DNA of 64,000 bases from Tubiluchus corallicola. Its lineage: Eukaryota > Animalia > Priapulida. The stretch is from NCBI GenBank assembly GCA_030141605.1, contig JAQGDQ010000135.1, positions 466,620 through 530,619 on the forward strand, given 5' to 3'. The notes beneath the pieces are model-generated. The model did not search any database, was not told the DNA's origin, and saw only the letters and a program-made list of their open reading frames with translations. The number at the start of each line of letters is the position of its first letter. Position 1 is the stretch's first letter. This document shows positions 1-14,900 of this stretch, piece by piece. The translations under genes and the position numbers were made by a program.

Positions 1-935
1 CTATGCTTCCTAGTTTGTTGCCTTTCAAATTTAGACATAAGCCTGTACAGATATTACTAGGGTCACTGTAATCTGATTTACCATATTAAAAAAAAAAACA
101 CAACTTTCGCATTTTTCCAAGGCCACTGGCTGCATTCTAAACATATGTTAACAAGATTAAAAAGGACTGCCTTTGCCCAGAAACCTATATGTAGGAGAAT
201 GCAAGCAACGTGAAAACGAAACATGTGGTACCCTTCTGTTTTGTGAGAAAAAAATAACATATTACTTATTTATTTAGGGACCGTTAGATGTCTTCGAAAA
301 TCAGTAAAGCAACTGTTAAAGCACAAGAAAACCCTTCATAAACATAAAGCTTGAAAAATTCGTTTTGAAATTTTATATCACTTACGTACTGCCTTTTTGC
401 ATGCAGGACTTCAATCGGCAGTCACGCTTTATAAAACATGTAAATTTAAACTACCGTGATGACCGTTAGACGCAACCATTTTCACGAGCTCATTTGAAAC
501 AAATTAAATAACATTTTGTAAAGTTTGAAAAAATATTCAAAGCATTCGTAGCGCACACGTCATTAACTGTTAAATTACCGTTTCTTGTCAATAAGATTAA
601 AAATACGTTTTTTGGATAGTGAGTGGTGCACCCTAGAGGGTGAGTCAGTGACATTTTACCAATTGGTGAAAACATTTTAAATAATTAATAATTTCCTTTT
701 CTAGTTACATAAATCTTTCTAGCAGGTAAGCGAAAATCTAAGTAATATAGTCTTAGAGTCTTTTGAGATATAATTTAGCATTGCCTTTTCTTCCCTTGAT
801 TTACGTTTGGCACATGACGTCAGGTAATGGCGACTTCGGAACAGTATTGCGGGAGATTTAAAATGAAAACAAACTAAAATTCCTTTCAGTGCGAGTAAGA
901 TATATGCATAAAATTGGATCGAGTTGTCAAATTTC

Positions 936-1380
936 TTAATATTTCACGCCAGCATAATAATTGCATCTTGCCAGAAGGGGTTCCCAAGCATTCCACTCTA
1001 CTAGGAAAGTTTTTTCCATTTTCCAAAATGGGATTCTACCCAGTTTTTCAAAGAACATTTTTGCTACTTTTTGCCAATCTGTTGGCATTAGCCCGTGAAT
1101 CAACCTAGATTTCAGGGATTTGGCAAACGATTCCAAATCTACCATATTTACTCCACCTGAAATTTCGGACATAAGTGTTTTTCGTTTAACTGTATCTGGT
1201 TTGCCACCCCAGACAAACTTATTTGCTAATTTCTCAATGGGTTTCAATTTTTCATAATTCACAACGAGGAGCAGTGGCAACAAATGGACTATTTTTGATA
1301 ATATTAAGGATTTAAAAACAGTTGTCCGTGCAAAAATCATAAGCGATCGCCAGGACCAAACATTTATAGTATACCTTATC
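936..1380 (-). mobile_element. Non-LTR retrotransposon fragment, L1/Tx1-like ORF2 (post-RT region)
   Basis: ORF 936-1340 reads RTTVFKSLILSKIVHL...ANKFVWGGKPDTVKRKTLMSEISGGVNMVD, the typical L1/Tx1 region downstream of the RT domain; truncated at both ends. Confidence 0.75.
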
Positions 1381-1399
1381 CAAGAATATCTTATCCAAA

Positions 1400-3310
1400 A
1401 AAATAAGGACCTAGATGGTAACTATCTATAAACGGTCCTCTCTCATATACCTTTTAAAACTGTCAATAGATGAAGCACTGATGATTGATGATGAGAGATG
1501 ATTCCGTGGTTGAGCTACACAATGCCCAAAGACGTGTGATCTGATGTTGGTTCTAGTTGGTTGCACAAATAACTTAGACTTAGAGGCCTGGAAAAAAAGT
1601 ATTTCCGCTAATTATTTTGAAGCAGTTCACAAGGTCTACAGTCTTACGCCTTTGCTGAAGAGTAGAAATTGAAGCAGGATCCAAATCAATTGCAAGATGA
1701 GTACATCTATCCTGAGTTCTTTCGAGAGCATTCTTCAGAGTAGCATACTGGGGTGACCATACAACCGACGCATATTCCAGAATGTGTCAAACAACAGCTT
1801 TGTAGAGAGGAATAATTACTGCTGCATTTCTCGATATCACACACTGTTTAATCATGCCAATAGTATGGTTTGCTTTTGCAATGATATGATTCTCATGGGA
1901 ATTCCATTTGAGGTCATTAGAAATCATTACTCCCAAGTCTCTGATACAACTTCTTTTTCAGCTATTTGAGCATTATTTAGAAACTAAGGTGTAATAGATG
2001 TATTGCGTATTCTAAGTAAAGTACATTTATTGGGTCTAAGTGTCATCAACCATTTACTGCACCAGTCTAAAATTTCATCAAAGTCATGTTGTAAAATATA
2101 ACGATCAAGATGGTCCCAAATTGGACGGAAGAGCTTTAAATCATCAACAAAAAATGGAATGTTAGTACCTCAGGAAATACAATCGGTAATATCATTTATG
2201 AAAATAAGGAAGCAGTATGGGCCCTCTCAAGGTTCATTTAGGGATACCACTTATGACGGGGCACCATTCAGTGGTTATACCGTTAAGAACAACACGTTGG
2301 AAACGATGAATAAGAAAGTAACTAAACCACTTAAGAAGTTTACCTCTTATACCAGAATATTCCATCTTAAGTAAGAAACGTTGGTAGGACAGAATCAAAT
2401 GCCTTTTTGAAATCAAGATAAAGTTCATCAATACCAGGCAAAGTATGATCGAAGAAGCAAGTCCACTGATTTAAACACGACAATAGATTAGAGACCACTG
2501 AACGTAGAGGAAGAGAACCATGGTGGGAGTTACACATTCGTTCAGTTTGAATAAGAAAGGTTAGAATCTCGTCCCACAATACGGATTGAAAGCATTTGAC
2601 AACAACTGATGACAAAGATATGGGGCGAAGATCATCACATTAAGGACATTTGACTGTTTAGGGATGGGGTTAACATTACAGTTAAGCCAGCATTGGGGGA
2701 GGACTCCAGAATGAAGAAATTTATGGAACAAAAGGAAAAGAGGGAGAGCAAGCTGAAGAGCACAGGATTTCAAAATAAAGCCATGTACTTCATTGGGCCT
2801 TTTATCCTTAAATGGTGTTGAGTTAATAACCTTGGCATATACATTGTTAATACTGAAATTAATGTCATTCAGAGAATCAGCATTCCAGCCAGAAGAAGGA
2901 ATAGGCAGGACATCGTCATCAGGCTCACAGGTGAAAAAAGAAGAAAAAGCATCATTTGTTGTAGAAGCGACCTTTTTAGGACAAGTAAAACATCATTGTT
3001 ACAATTTTTAATGCAACTAATACGGTTAGAAGGCTTCAAGAAGTATTTACTATACCTGAAGAATTCCTTGTCATTTTTGCTCAGAGCTCAACTTATTTGC
3101 AAGTCTATTTTCGTACCTCATCCTTGTGTGGCAAATAGACAATCTTAACTGCTGGCTGTGTCTGGTACACTTAACTAGAACACTACACAGATTAGTACGG
3201 TTCCACAACCTCCAAAGTTTAAGCTTCTTAGATTTAGCTTGACGGATACATTTATCATTTTCCCAGGCTGCACATAACTTTTTACACTCAGACTCTTAAA
3301 GGGATAAAAT
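1400..3310 (-). mobile_element. Decayed CR1/Jockey-group LINE ORF2 (reverse transcriptase) remnant
   Basis: Frameshifted minus-strand pieces contain RT motifs: LALPLFLLFHKFLHSGVLPQCWLNCNVNPIPK (2561-2773), LYLDFKKAFDSV (2367-2615), GIRGKLLKWFSYFLIHRFQRVVLNG..WCPVISGIP (2234-2431); many stops and frameshifts. Confidence 0.85.
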
Positions 3311-4129
3311 TATCAACTGCGTAGTTGTAGGAGAGGAGGAAAAATTATAACATTACAATTAGTAGAGCAAAATTCTGCCTATCTTGTATTTTGTCATTTG
3401 TGTACATACATTGTATTAGAATCGAAAAGTAGGCATCGGCTAATGTTATTGTTTGTGAGAAAAGGTGACAATAAATAGAATTTTTACTACTGCTATTACT
3501 AGTAGTGGTAACACGGGAACTATAGGCCTACATTTTCTGCTGCACACCTAGGTAGGCCTTCTGTTAATTTGTTTATGTTCTTCCTAGCGTGTTCATCAGA
3601 TTCGGTATAGAAAACGTATAAATTTATTAAAATAATGATAAATTTTAAAATGCAGCAGAAAAACAGGATGTTTCAGCACTTGCTGGTGTCATCATTTTCT
3701 TTTCTTTTTGATTTTCTAAGCAATATTTGACTTTAGAGCGTTATTGTTTTACTGACCGAATATCAGTATCGGTCAGTAAATCGGCAGTCGTCAAAATCGA
3801 ATTGAATGAGTAAACAGATCGTGCAGAATTCCCATAGCAGACATAAGACGGATTCGTTGCTGAAATTGGATTTCAAACATTTTCAACTTTTAACATCAAA
3901 CCCGAAGTGGCGGAGCGGAAACAGTGCGACACACAGGGCACAGGCACAGAGTGTTGATCCAGCTCTCAGAGCATTCCAGTTTGGCACGGGACAAGGCGTA
4001 TTTTAGGTCTGTTTTATTATCTTTGGTGTTTTGGATCGACTAGAGCAAAAGTTAAATAGCATAGACATAGAACATTTATTTTCTCCAATTTCTTTGACAT
4101 AAAAAGTTTTTTAAATATTACGTAATTAT

Positions 4130-5480
4130 AATCGTGGAGCAGGGAAGGACCATAGGGTCATCTAGTCTCCTGCCCTGTCTTATAATTAGATTAGTATATT
4201 AAAAATAAATGGTGAGGCTGCAGATAACAAAAACAAATAAGAAAAAATAATAAAAAAACAGTATAAATGATACAAATTATCAAAAAAGAAGTGAAAACAA
4301 AAAATAAGGTTAGATACCTAAATCTAAACAAAACAATACAATTAATCAGTAATTATGATTATTATATATAGTATTTTCAAATAGGGGTCTTATTAACAGG
4401 GGAATTTGACCAAGGTTAGTGAGTAAAGTTAAAAAACTGAGAGTATGGAAAGATAAAATAAGTATCAAAAAAGTGTAATATAGAAAAATTTAAGAGAAAA
4501 AGTAAGTACGAGAAAGAGCAACAATTACTTAGGAGATAAGGAGAAAAAAGAAAAAAAACTTGCTAGCTTGCTTATTAGTTTTACAAGTTATGTACTACAG
4601 GTATATTCATACGTGGTTTATGTCGGTAGGGTATTCGTAATACTTAATGGATTTATTAAATTTTGTTGTCTGAGCTTTGTAATTTGTGAACTTTCGAATT
4701 AAAGACTGACGTTGCAAAATTGTACGCGTTTTTAGTTTATCTACTCGTACTGTTAACCACCAATCCAGTCCACCAACCATTTGTTAGGTAAGACAACGGC
4801 AAGAGGGCTCAGAGGCCGAGGTGTGTTCTAGGTCTGTTTTTATCTTGATGTTTTTGATCATCTAAAAGAAAGGTTCCAAGGCATAGCTTTTGTCTGTGGG
4901 GTATCCATAATAATTCATAATACTTAACCAACCTATTTATCATCGGTAGCTGGAACTGACACATTTTAAAACAAAATTACAAGCAATTTGGGTTGTTTCT
5001 GTATCATTTGAGGCTAATACTATAGTAATTTTAGTTTGACATCATCAAATAAGTAGGTAAAGTGTGGATATATAGCGTCAATTTCCGTATAAAGGGTGTT
5101 TCTTAGTTGTTCATATCTACTACAGTGCAAGAGCATATGTGTTTCGTCTTCTGTTTCTTGTTTGTTTGTGCCTCTTTGTGTACAGTATCTTTCATTGGCT
5201 GGTATTTTGTTAGGTTTATGATGCCTACCGGTTTCTATTGCAAGTGAGTGTGAGCTAATATGTAGTTTTGTGGAAGCAATTTTTGGCATTGCAGGTTACA
5301 GTATTAATTTGTAAGTAACTTTCTAATTAGTAGCATTCTTTAACTTTGCAGTAGGTTCTTAATTTGTTTCCATCGTTGTTATTAGTGCTGTGTAACACTG
5401 TATAGTAAGCGTTTGTTGTTTACAGTTCCTTGGTTTTCCCGTACATGATCGAAACCTGTTAAGCTTAATACATCTTTCAC
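4130..5480 (-). mobile_element. LINE 3' end remnant (ORF2 C-terminal CCHC region plus 3' UTR stem-loop)
   Basis: ORF 5020-5289: KLHISSHSLAIETGRH..IPANERYC..ETEDETHMLLHCSRYEQLR, a classic LINE ORF2 C-terminal zinc-knuckle region. The reverse complement of 4135-4178 (GGAGACTAGATGACCCTATGGTCCTTCC) resembles CR1/L2 3' stem-loops. Short duplicated tail pieces at about 4002-4063/4829-4886 and 4907-4939/5613-5645. Confidence 0.7.
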
Positions 5481-5999
5481 AAATTTTGCTCACCTGAATA
5501 AGCAAATTTTTTTATTATAGATATTTTGTTGCCTATATTACATAAACTATAAAAGTTAAACGTAATTTTGCTCAAGTAAATTCAAACCTGTGTTTTGTTT
5601 GTGTGGAGTGTGCATAATAATTCATAATACTTAACCAACCTATTTGTCAATTGTATCTAGAAGTAAGAATTTGTAAACTTTTGTATTTAAGGCTGATATT
5701 GCAAAAGGTATACGCATTTTCGGCAGGAATTTATAATCCGAAACCGAAATTTCAACAGAAACTTATATAGTTATAAGAAGTCTGAAAAGGCTATTTTTGA
5801 GAGATGGAGAACCTGAAAAATGCTACATTAATCAAGCAGTAAAGTTCTACATATCATTTTTGTAAACTTTATTATGTCCATTTTTAGTAGGATGTTGAAG
5901 TATAGTATAGTTTAAGTACAACAAATGAAGGTGTGATAACATTTATTATGACAGAAGTTAATACTTAAACATCTTATACAACAATGTTTATGTTATTGC

Positions 6000-8900
6000 T
6001 CAAGAGGATGATTTCTTACAAGCATTTGGCTCAACATACATCTTGCTGGGCTCAAAATTCCTTCGAATATGCGGTACCTGAAAAAAAGTATTTATTCTCA
6101 CTAAAATCATTTTATCATCATAAGTGGATCATGGCATATGCTTGGCAGCTGAAGTCAGAAAATGCTATCCCTAGTTAGCAAATGGATAGGTGATCATTGC
6201 GAAGTCGTTTTTGAGTGGTTTCGTCTGCCATTGAGGAAGAATGCATGCTTCTAGACATAGTTGCTGATTTAGTATAATTTCATTATAGTGGGTTAGGTTA
6301 ACCTTGATAATGAGGTTTTGATTTCATCATATCAGTTCAAGATTAGCAATGGACATTGCCAGTGAGCACAGAATTGTAAATTTTAAGAAATATGGTGGTT
6401 AATACTAACCTTGGCCTAGGCTTTAATAAGCTGCAAGTTATAAAGAATTGGTTTTCAAGAACTCTGCAGCTATTTAATTTCAGAATCAAGTTTTACATGG
6501 AATAGTGTTAGTAAATTGATGTTGTGCTAACTAGCTGAAACTGTGGTTCGCGCCTTTATAACATTCCAGATTGACTACCGTAATAGCCTTCTTTATAATA
6601 TTCCAATGTATCACTTAATAGCTAAACTTCGGCGAATACCAAACTCTGCTGCTAGATTAATAACACTTCTACCCAGAAATGATCACATCACGTCTGTCTT
6701 AGTTCAATTGCTCTGGCTCTCCAATCCCCATAGAGTTTCACATTGGGTTTAAAATTGTACTTATTGTCTTTTAGAGATTTACAAGCATTGCTGGATTATC
6801 ATATGGGCTAGTATAGGCTGCAGCCTAGGGCCCCTCAAGCTTGGGGGGCCCATAGCCCGAGCAGTCCTGTTAAAAGATTTTCAAATATGATTTTCTTTTT
6901 GAAAAATAAGTATAATATCTTAGTAATTTGCATTGCTGAATTCATTTAACTTAAAATAAATTTAAACTTTAAAACAGAAAACCCCGAAGCCTCAAAACCC
7001 AATTTTGAAAAAGTGGCCTCTGTTGATGGGCCCTATAAGGCCCCATTATTTCATTAGCCTAAGGGCCCCTAAAGGTCGTAATCCGGGACTGTCTACAAGT
7101 CTTAGCACCAGTATACATATGTAACTTTGTTTAAAACAGGTAGATGTTCGAGGTATTGTCTTAGATCTATTTAATTACAATAAAACAATTATAAAACTTG
7201 TTTCCCTCTAACTAAATGTTCCACTTTTGATGACAGATCCATTGCTGTGTTTCGTCCACTGTAGATTCTATCGATACTTTTAAACATTGTTTGAAAGCAC
7301 ACCTTTTCAAACAATTTTTAGCCTAAATTACGTTCATTTGCATTTTTATCTATAACTGATGTTAATTTTGCTATCTGTCATTGTTTAGATTATTCCAGCA
7401 ATAATTAGTGCTCTATACATATTTTATTTAATGAAATGTAATGTAATATCAGTAGTGCTCTTTTAGCTAAATGCAAACTTTGGCTATAAGTTCATCATCC
7501 ATTTTACCATATTTTCCGTAAATATTCCACTTCCACTCTCCATACAGTATTCGTAATATGTGTGTGCTTCCTCCACCATAGATTTGTATTCGTTTATGGC
7601 ATCAGTATTCCAATCTTCATAGTGTTTCCTGTTAAAACAATTTCTTGTTTTAGAGCCAAATGTATGTTAACAATTTTTATACATACAGATAATATTTTCT
7701 TGTGTTACTGTTAACTGCAGTAATTATGAAATTCTACAATTTGTATATTGACTTTTAGCTTGCCCAAATAAAAGCCGTTTGAACATTTTTCAATATTTCT
7801 TAGTTATCGGACAAGTATGGTAACTGTTTAGCAAGTGGCTTCAATTTTCAAATGTTGGTGTTACAGGCAAAGTGTGAATCCAGACATTCATTAGTGAATA
7901 CCTGGGCACTTTATGGAGTGCTAAAACAAACTATCCTGTATAAGATAATTTCTTCTACATCTTTGTTAGACATTATGGGGTAAAGTTGGGGAAAATGTGC
8001 CACCAGGGGAAAGCAAGCCAGAATTGGGGGAAAACGGGCTCCTGTAGCAAATACTATCTACTACGTTGTAAAAATGTACTTAAGATTAAGATTAAGGTTA
8101 AGATCATTTATCTCATAAAAGATGCATACAATCCATCTATACTTTAAGAAACACTAAAAATTTAGTATTATGTGACGACTGTAGATGACTCCAAGTGAGG
8201 TGCTAATGTCAAATGAGGGTTTAGGACTTCAGGCAAAATGGCAAAGTACTATTAACATTTCTTTTTCTAGAATGAAAAAAACTAAGAAATTTGCATCTGT
8301 GCCCTCAACACATTCTGATAGTGAAGAAAGGAAAAATGCAGAAAAGGTTTACGAAAGTAATTGGGTTGTCGGGTACAAAAATATTCAGATTGCTTGTCAA
8401 CAAGGCTCAAAACACATAAAAAAATATGCAGGATGGAACACCAATGACACACCTTGTCGTAATAAATTCAAATTTCTGTATAAAATGGATGAATAAGATG
8501 TTGAGGAGATGATGTCATCTGATATTGTTCAGAAGGTTAAGGAACCAGTCATATGAAGCCATGGCATCTAATTTAAAGAAACTGGAATTGCACAAATTTA
8601 AAACTTATAGCATGTATTACCGTTACAAACTGTTCGAGTTAAGGTGTGTGACTATATAAATGTTATAAAATAATCATCGAGCTTTTGAACTTGGTAAATA
8701 TCAAATAAGTACTTCTAAAATTTGTGGTGTCTTACTTTCTTTTTCAAGTTTTTCTTTTGATACCATTTTACCGTAGAAACGTGTTAAATGGGCTTGTAAT
8801 AGTGAGATAATGGTTGGCCCGTTTTACTCCAAAACTGGGGTAAAGTGGGCCACTCAGACACCCAAAAAAACTTATGTTGCCATATTGCCATAAAAAGTTA

Positions 8901-11900
8901 AGTTGTTGGTGCAGAAATAAAAAATTGTGGTGACCTAAATTTAATAGAGCAGCCTTCATATGTATAGATCATCTATGGAAAGTTCATCTGCAGAGTTTCT
9001 ATGATGCAGGCTTTAGAACTTTTTAAAAAAAACAGCCCACCTTCCTCAGCTTTACCCTATATAATGCTAAAGTTTGTGTAAACAAAGTTTATAATTTTTA
9101 GATGTTGTGTCTACTTTTTTTATGTATTTTATAGAAATTTTAGTTAATGTAAAAATGGAACAAATTTTCAATTGTTTTGAAATGGTCTTCCTATGCATTT
9201 TATATAACGCCAATTTTATCTTGGGAATGCGTGAACTAAAGTCATGTTTCAACATACTTGCAAATTTGTAAGGCAGATGTGGTAGCATACATAATGTGGA
9301 AATTGGCACCTCAGAGGAGTGGCGGTGTTGCACCCATTGCCAATAAAACGACTAGCTCTCCAGCTCACTCAAACTTCTTGCTTAATTTAATACATGCATT
9401 GACTAAGTTGTTTTACACATTGATGCCTGGGTATTTTATCAAATATTTGGGAAAGATTAGATTCAACACAAATTATGTTCGTGTTACCCTTTCCCAAAGG
9501 CACTTTACGCATTTTATATAGATCCTAGCTATTACACAAAATGTCTCAGCAGAATGTGATAGTGTGCAGCAAAAACGTGAAATTTCACTCTACTGAAGTA
9601 CATAGGTATTTCATGAAATGCCTAGGAATTTTATAAATTGTCTAAATTTTGCGCATTGCCTATAACATTTTTTACACCTTGTAATAAACATGTAATTTAA
9701 CAAAGATGTCTGTGAGGATTAATTTGATTTGAGTTACCCTGTAATTCAATTTGTCAGTTACATTACCTGCAGCATTCATGCTAACTCTTGCATGAAAAAA
9801 GCATCAACAGAGTTAGATTCAGTTTCTAAATTGGAAAGATGTTTAATTGAGGACCGATAATGAAGTCACAGGAAAAGAGTCACAAGAACAATTTTTAGCT
9901 ACGAAAAAATACACAATTAATTTTGGCTAGGGTTAGGGTTATTTTTTCCTGTGATTTTTATCCTGTGACTTTTTCCATGACATTTTTACTTGTCACTTTT
10001 TTTACCTGCATTCGTTTAAACATCTCTCATTATTTTCTTTTAGACTTACATTTTTCTAGCTGCAACCGTTCTTAGTATATCTGTGTAATAAATGGAGCTG
10101 AAGCATTTTGTTAAGTTCAGTGCTGGGTAGTGTGATACATAACTGAGGCACATTTCATCAGCGGTTGTGATTCCACTCTAGAGAAAGAAGAATAAACACT
10201 TGCTTTTCTCCTGAAAATTTCGTTTCATTTGCATAAATACATTAATATACCTATATCTGAATTTTACAACATTACAACACAATAACAATTTGCAAGGGCT
10301 GATGAAGCTTGTTAGTCTCATGTGCTTCTCGGTGTCTTTCATGGTTAGAATTATTAACTACCTGCCTTTCTATTCTGCAGCTGATTATGCAACAGCATGT
10401 ATTTCATTAGTAAGCCTTGGTTCTAAGGTACAGCTCTGCAGGTTGCATGTGTTGTCCAAAAATCTGATAATAATTAGATATTGTTTTATTAAACAGAGCA
10501 AAATAAGGTGCACCATTTCGTCAAAGCTCTGTGCCTAAATTGTACAAAATTTGTTTCCAAGTTTTGTGCGCAGACTGCAATATGTGAATATTTTTGATTT
10601 TTGGCTGTTGCTAATCGGTGTTCATTGTCATTCATTTATTTGCTGTGAAATTTTTAATTGCATCAGAGAGAAACAATAAATTAACAAAAACTACAATACT
10701 TCAGAACTATACCTACGTATAGAGGACTTTGTCTTCCACTGGTGTTAAAGGTGCACTCCAGTATTAACGTATCTCCCTGAAATTTCCAAAATAGGACAAA
10801 ATACGAAGATATACAAAGTAATTCACTGGTCTATGCTACTAGCTAATGTTAATTTTGTTATAAACAGTATTACACACTATAATACTTAATATATCAGTGG
10901 GATCACTTAAATGATCAAAATTAATTAATAATTTGTTGCTTGCTTGCACTTACAGGTAAGAAGGTGACTTCTTTGTTCAATGCCATCTGTTGCTAAAAAA
11001 TAAAATAAAAGCTTTTATATATCTTTCATATACTTATGTCTAGTTCAATTCAGTTCATGTGGCATAGATGCATCAGCAAGAACGCAGTTCGTTAAAAAGG
11101 TGTAAAACTCGCATTCATTTTTTTGTAGCAAGATGATTTTCAAAGTAGATTTACCTGAAACTTAGATTAATTATTGCACCATTAAAAGTACACTAAACAT
11201 GTGTAGCTTGATAATTGTCGCATAATTTACTTGAAGAGTATGTAGCCACCAGCTTTCTGCAAGGTGGTAAAATTTCTTTCATAAAACTTACCTGATAATT
11301 AAAGTCGTAATGTTCATCCATTGCAAGAGGTGGAAGTTCAATGTCTTTTCTGTAATGCCTGATTCCTAATTTGACTGCACTGAGATGAGCATGAAGTAAG
11401 ACAGCGGTCAATTTAACACCTTCTTTTCTGGTGTACTACATGAGACAGGGTTAAATATCAGAAGTTTATTGCTTGCAAAATGTTTTCGTGTACATTTTCG
11501 GGTATTAGCAATCAGTAAGTTTAAAAGAAAACTGGACTCAATCTTAAACTATAGGTCAAAACAATCTGTTTCTACAAAATATTGAAAGTGAACATACTAT
11601 TTTGTCAAGAATGACCCAATTTCTCATTCGTGCGACTAGTTTTTTGCTGTTATATGCATTCCGCTATTCTTTAGCTAAATGGGCAGTAGTGCTTGCATTT
11701 TGGAATTGTGTTGCACAAAAACCAGGTGTTATACCTCTCAGTTCAGAGGTGTTCAGTTGTGATGTAGTGCACACATTCGAGAGTGCGTGCATGGGCACAG
11801 CAGTAAATGTGAAATTTTAATTTGAAACTTAAAATTTGCTGAGGTTTGTATATCACACTAAATCTTGTATAGTAGCACTGTACTTTAATTTTTGCTTTCG

Positions 11901-14900
11901 TAAACACGTGTAAAATGCTCATTAATGTTTATGCCATTGGAAATTATGTTCAGTTGTGATGTCTTCACTAGTTTGGCTTGCCTGCCATTAATTAAGTTTT
12001 TAATCTATTAATTATCAGAAATGCTTTGGCAGTACTATGGGTTTTAAAATGTATACTTTTACCAGACTTCAAAATGGGGTAGGATATGAAAAATCATCCT
12101 ATTTGAACGGATACTATGCAATGTGTCAAAGTCTTGTAATACAGTAGTTTTGTAAACAAAAATGAATTTCACTAGTACAACAATTCCTAATTTTTTATGT
12201 ATCAATTCTGAAATTTTTAAACAGTTGTATAGCTAGTTAAGTGTGCATGACTTTGTAAAATATTGAGATTTAGCTTTGAACTGCAAATAGCACAAACCTT
12301 ACTTGTGCAGCTTGAGGAGCATGTACTGCGAATGGTAAATTCAGTAACATTGGGAGGTATGATCATCGGTGGATAGTCAATGGGCTGGCCAATGAGCAGC
12401 GTGCCAGCATCGTGTTTGCGCAGCTGCCTGGTGTAGAATAATCTGAAGCCAGAGCTGTCTTGAATACCTATAAATCAAAACTAAAATGTTTAGAGTGATC
12501 CAGGTAGTCTTCCTATGACTCCATACAATTTAGGTAGCTTTTTATGAGCTTTTTTGGGTCATGGTTAAGTTCTTAATGAAATGGATACAAACACCATTTT
12601 AAGGTGTTCACTAGGTTTCTTTATTCTGAAACACAATAATTAAAATTCAATTTAATATGTAGCGACTATAAAAAGTAGACGAGAGTTCTTGGCAAATTAA
12701 TTAGTGATAACTTATGTTGTTAGAGTCTTTATCAGTTATTAGATCAGAATGACAACTCCAAATAGCCTTTATAAACAGCAATGCCACTCAGTAAATTCAT
12801 AAGAAATTTGCAGTCATAATTTCTAAGAAACAGAGTAATGGCAATGAGATCTAAAGACAGGAAAATGTCATGCAACTACAGCTAGCTCACGAAAGGGCAA
12901 AATGCTAATGTACTGAAGGATATTGAGGTGCTTCAATTTCAAAGAGTGACTACAGTAATAAGCTAAATACTAAATAAACAAACAGGTGGCACCGTGCCAT
13001 TAATTGAAAAATAAATCAAAACCAGAAAGGGCACCCACTATACACTTATAAAAATGACTCCTTTTTATGTCTAATTATTCATGGTTTTGTGCAAGGGGAT
13101 GCTACACTGTAGTAGTAATGCACAGTTCACCTTTTAATCAGGTTGTCTTACAAAAACATTGCCACTGTAGCTGGTGGTTTGGTCACTCTGTGTGGTAGCC
13201 AAATTGACTGCTCTCTTCCTTTATGTAACGCACCTTTGACTGCTACAGGCACACTTATATGAAATTGTCTTTGGACTAATATTTATTTTTAACGAAAATA
13301 TGAAAAATACTGATCAGCTAGGTGTTTAACCTTCTGGCTTTTCGAGTTACGAAGTCCTTTATGATCTCTTCAACATCAAGTGATTTAGTACACTGTTTCA
13401 GTACGAAGAATTGCTAAGTTAGTAATTCTATGATTGCTTCTATTTGAGCTAAGATAGGTCTTTATTGATTTCAGCTTAGAAAAACTCTGCTTGTATCTAC
13501 TGACCCTGACAGCTTTTGTCAGAGATGCTCTCAATAATATCATCAAATTTGGCACAATATTTGATAATAAACCTTAGGAGCTCCAGAGGCCCTTCTTTCC
13601 AGTTTTTCTCTTTAAAGAGTTTTCTCTCTGACAGCAAACTGAAACTGTGAACTGCTCTCCGACAGTTGCTGTAAGGTGATTTCCTGTGAGTTACTGTCTA
13701 GTGTGAATAACTCAGCGAATTACTCTCAACACTTGCAGCAGTGACTAGAGAAGAGAGTGTCAGTCCGTGTTATTGCTGGAGTTTAACTTGCGGAAAGTTT
13801 TGTTCTGTAGTCTGAACATGTTTGAGAGTTACTTGGCGAATTTTATTCAATATTTATGCAAGAATTGGCAAGATTTTAATCATTACATTTTTGTGCTGCA
13901 TCCCTTGTTATTTATTTTATTCACACACAGTAAACAGCACATATTCCCGCCTCATTTGGATGTTTTTCTACGTTACTTTATCACATCTTCATTTCTTATG
14001 TTTCATATGTATGATTATGTGATTCTGTAATATTTGTAAGATATGTGACCACATTATTGTCTTAAAAGGGAAAAAGTAAATGCCAGAGCTTTAGGGAACT
14101 AAATCTTAATTATTAATCAGTAAGTCTGTTTAAAATCGTTGAATGTTGAATAAAATCTTACTTACCATTGAGTCGACCAGGGTTATCGTAATGTGTTTCC
14201 AGGAAAAAATATTTGGGATACCCATATCCTGGATGTATTGGATAGCCTACATGTTCGGGATAACTGTATCCCTGCAAAAGAAGCAAAATAAAATAAATGA
14301 TTTTGAGATTTTTGTATTTTAAAGATGTCCATGTCTTACATGTGAGGATTTTTTACGGTTCGTATTCCTTATTACAAGGTTTCAGTATATGGACGTGCAT
14401 TTACAATTGACGGTGGTGAGGATTTGGTTTTGGCCTGCCAAACCTGCTAAGAAGTGTTTGCTAAAATATGCAAAGATGTATTGATTACAATTCTGCCAGT
14501 TCTTTGATATAGAAAATAATAACTTATAATGTGTGACTGCAATACCATAGTAACCACACATATAACTTTTCACAAAATGCGGCAGAGATAGACAGTCTTT
14601 GATATATAGATGATCTTAATATTAATTACAGACTAGTAATTAATGTGATTCTAACAGAATAAGTTCTTACAATATTTGCGATACACTATATTCCGTAGCA
14701 ACTTTCCAAATAGCATCTCGTGCATTTTCATATAATTATTTTTCTCAAAGTCTTAGACAGATTCAGCTGCAGAAGTTCTATTTTGATCTGCCCAAAATGA
14801 TCAAAGTGAAATTTTAACTTACAGACCTTTTTGTTTTTGTGTGCCCTTTGTGACTTGTTTAGCTATAAACAAATTCAACTACCACCGTCATTACTTAGCA

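Noticed and set aside
9766-9826. Extra MOXD exon
   Set aside because: Stops in all frames; exons 10050-10177 and 7508-7628 already join in phase.
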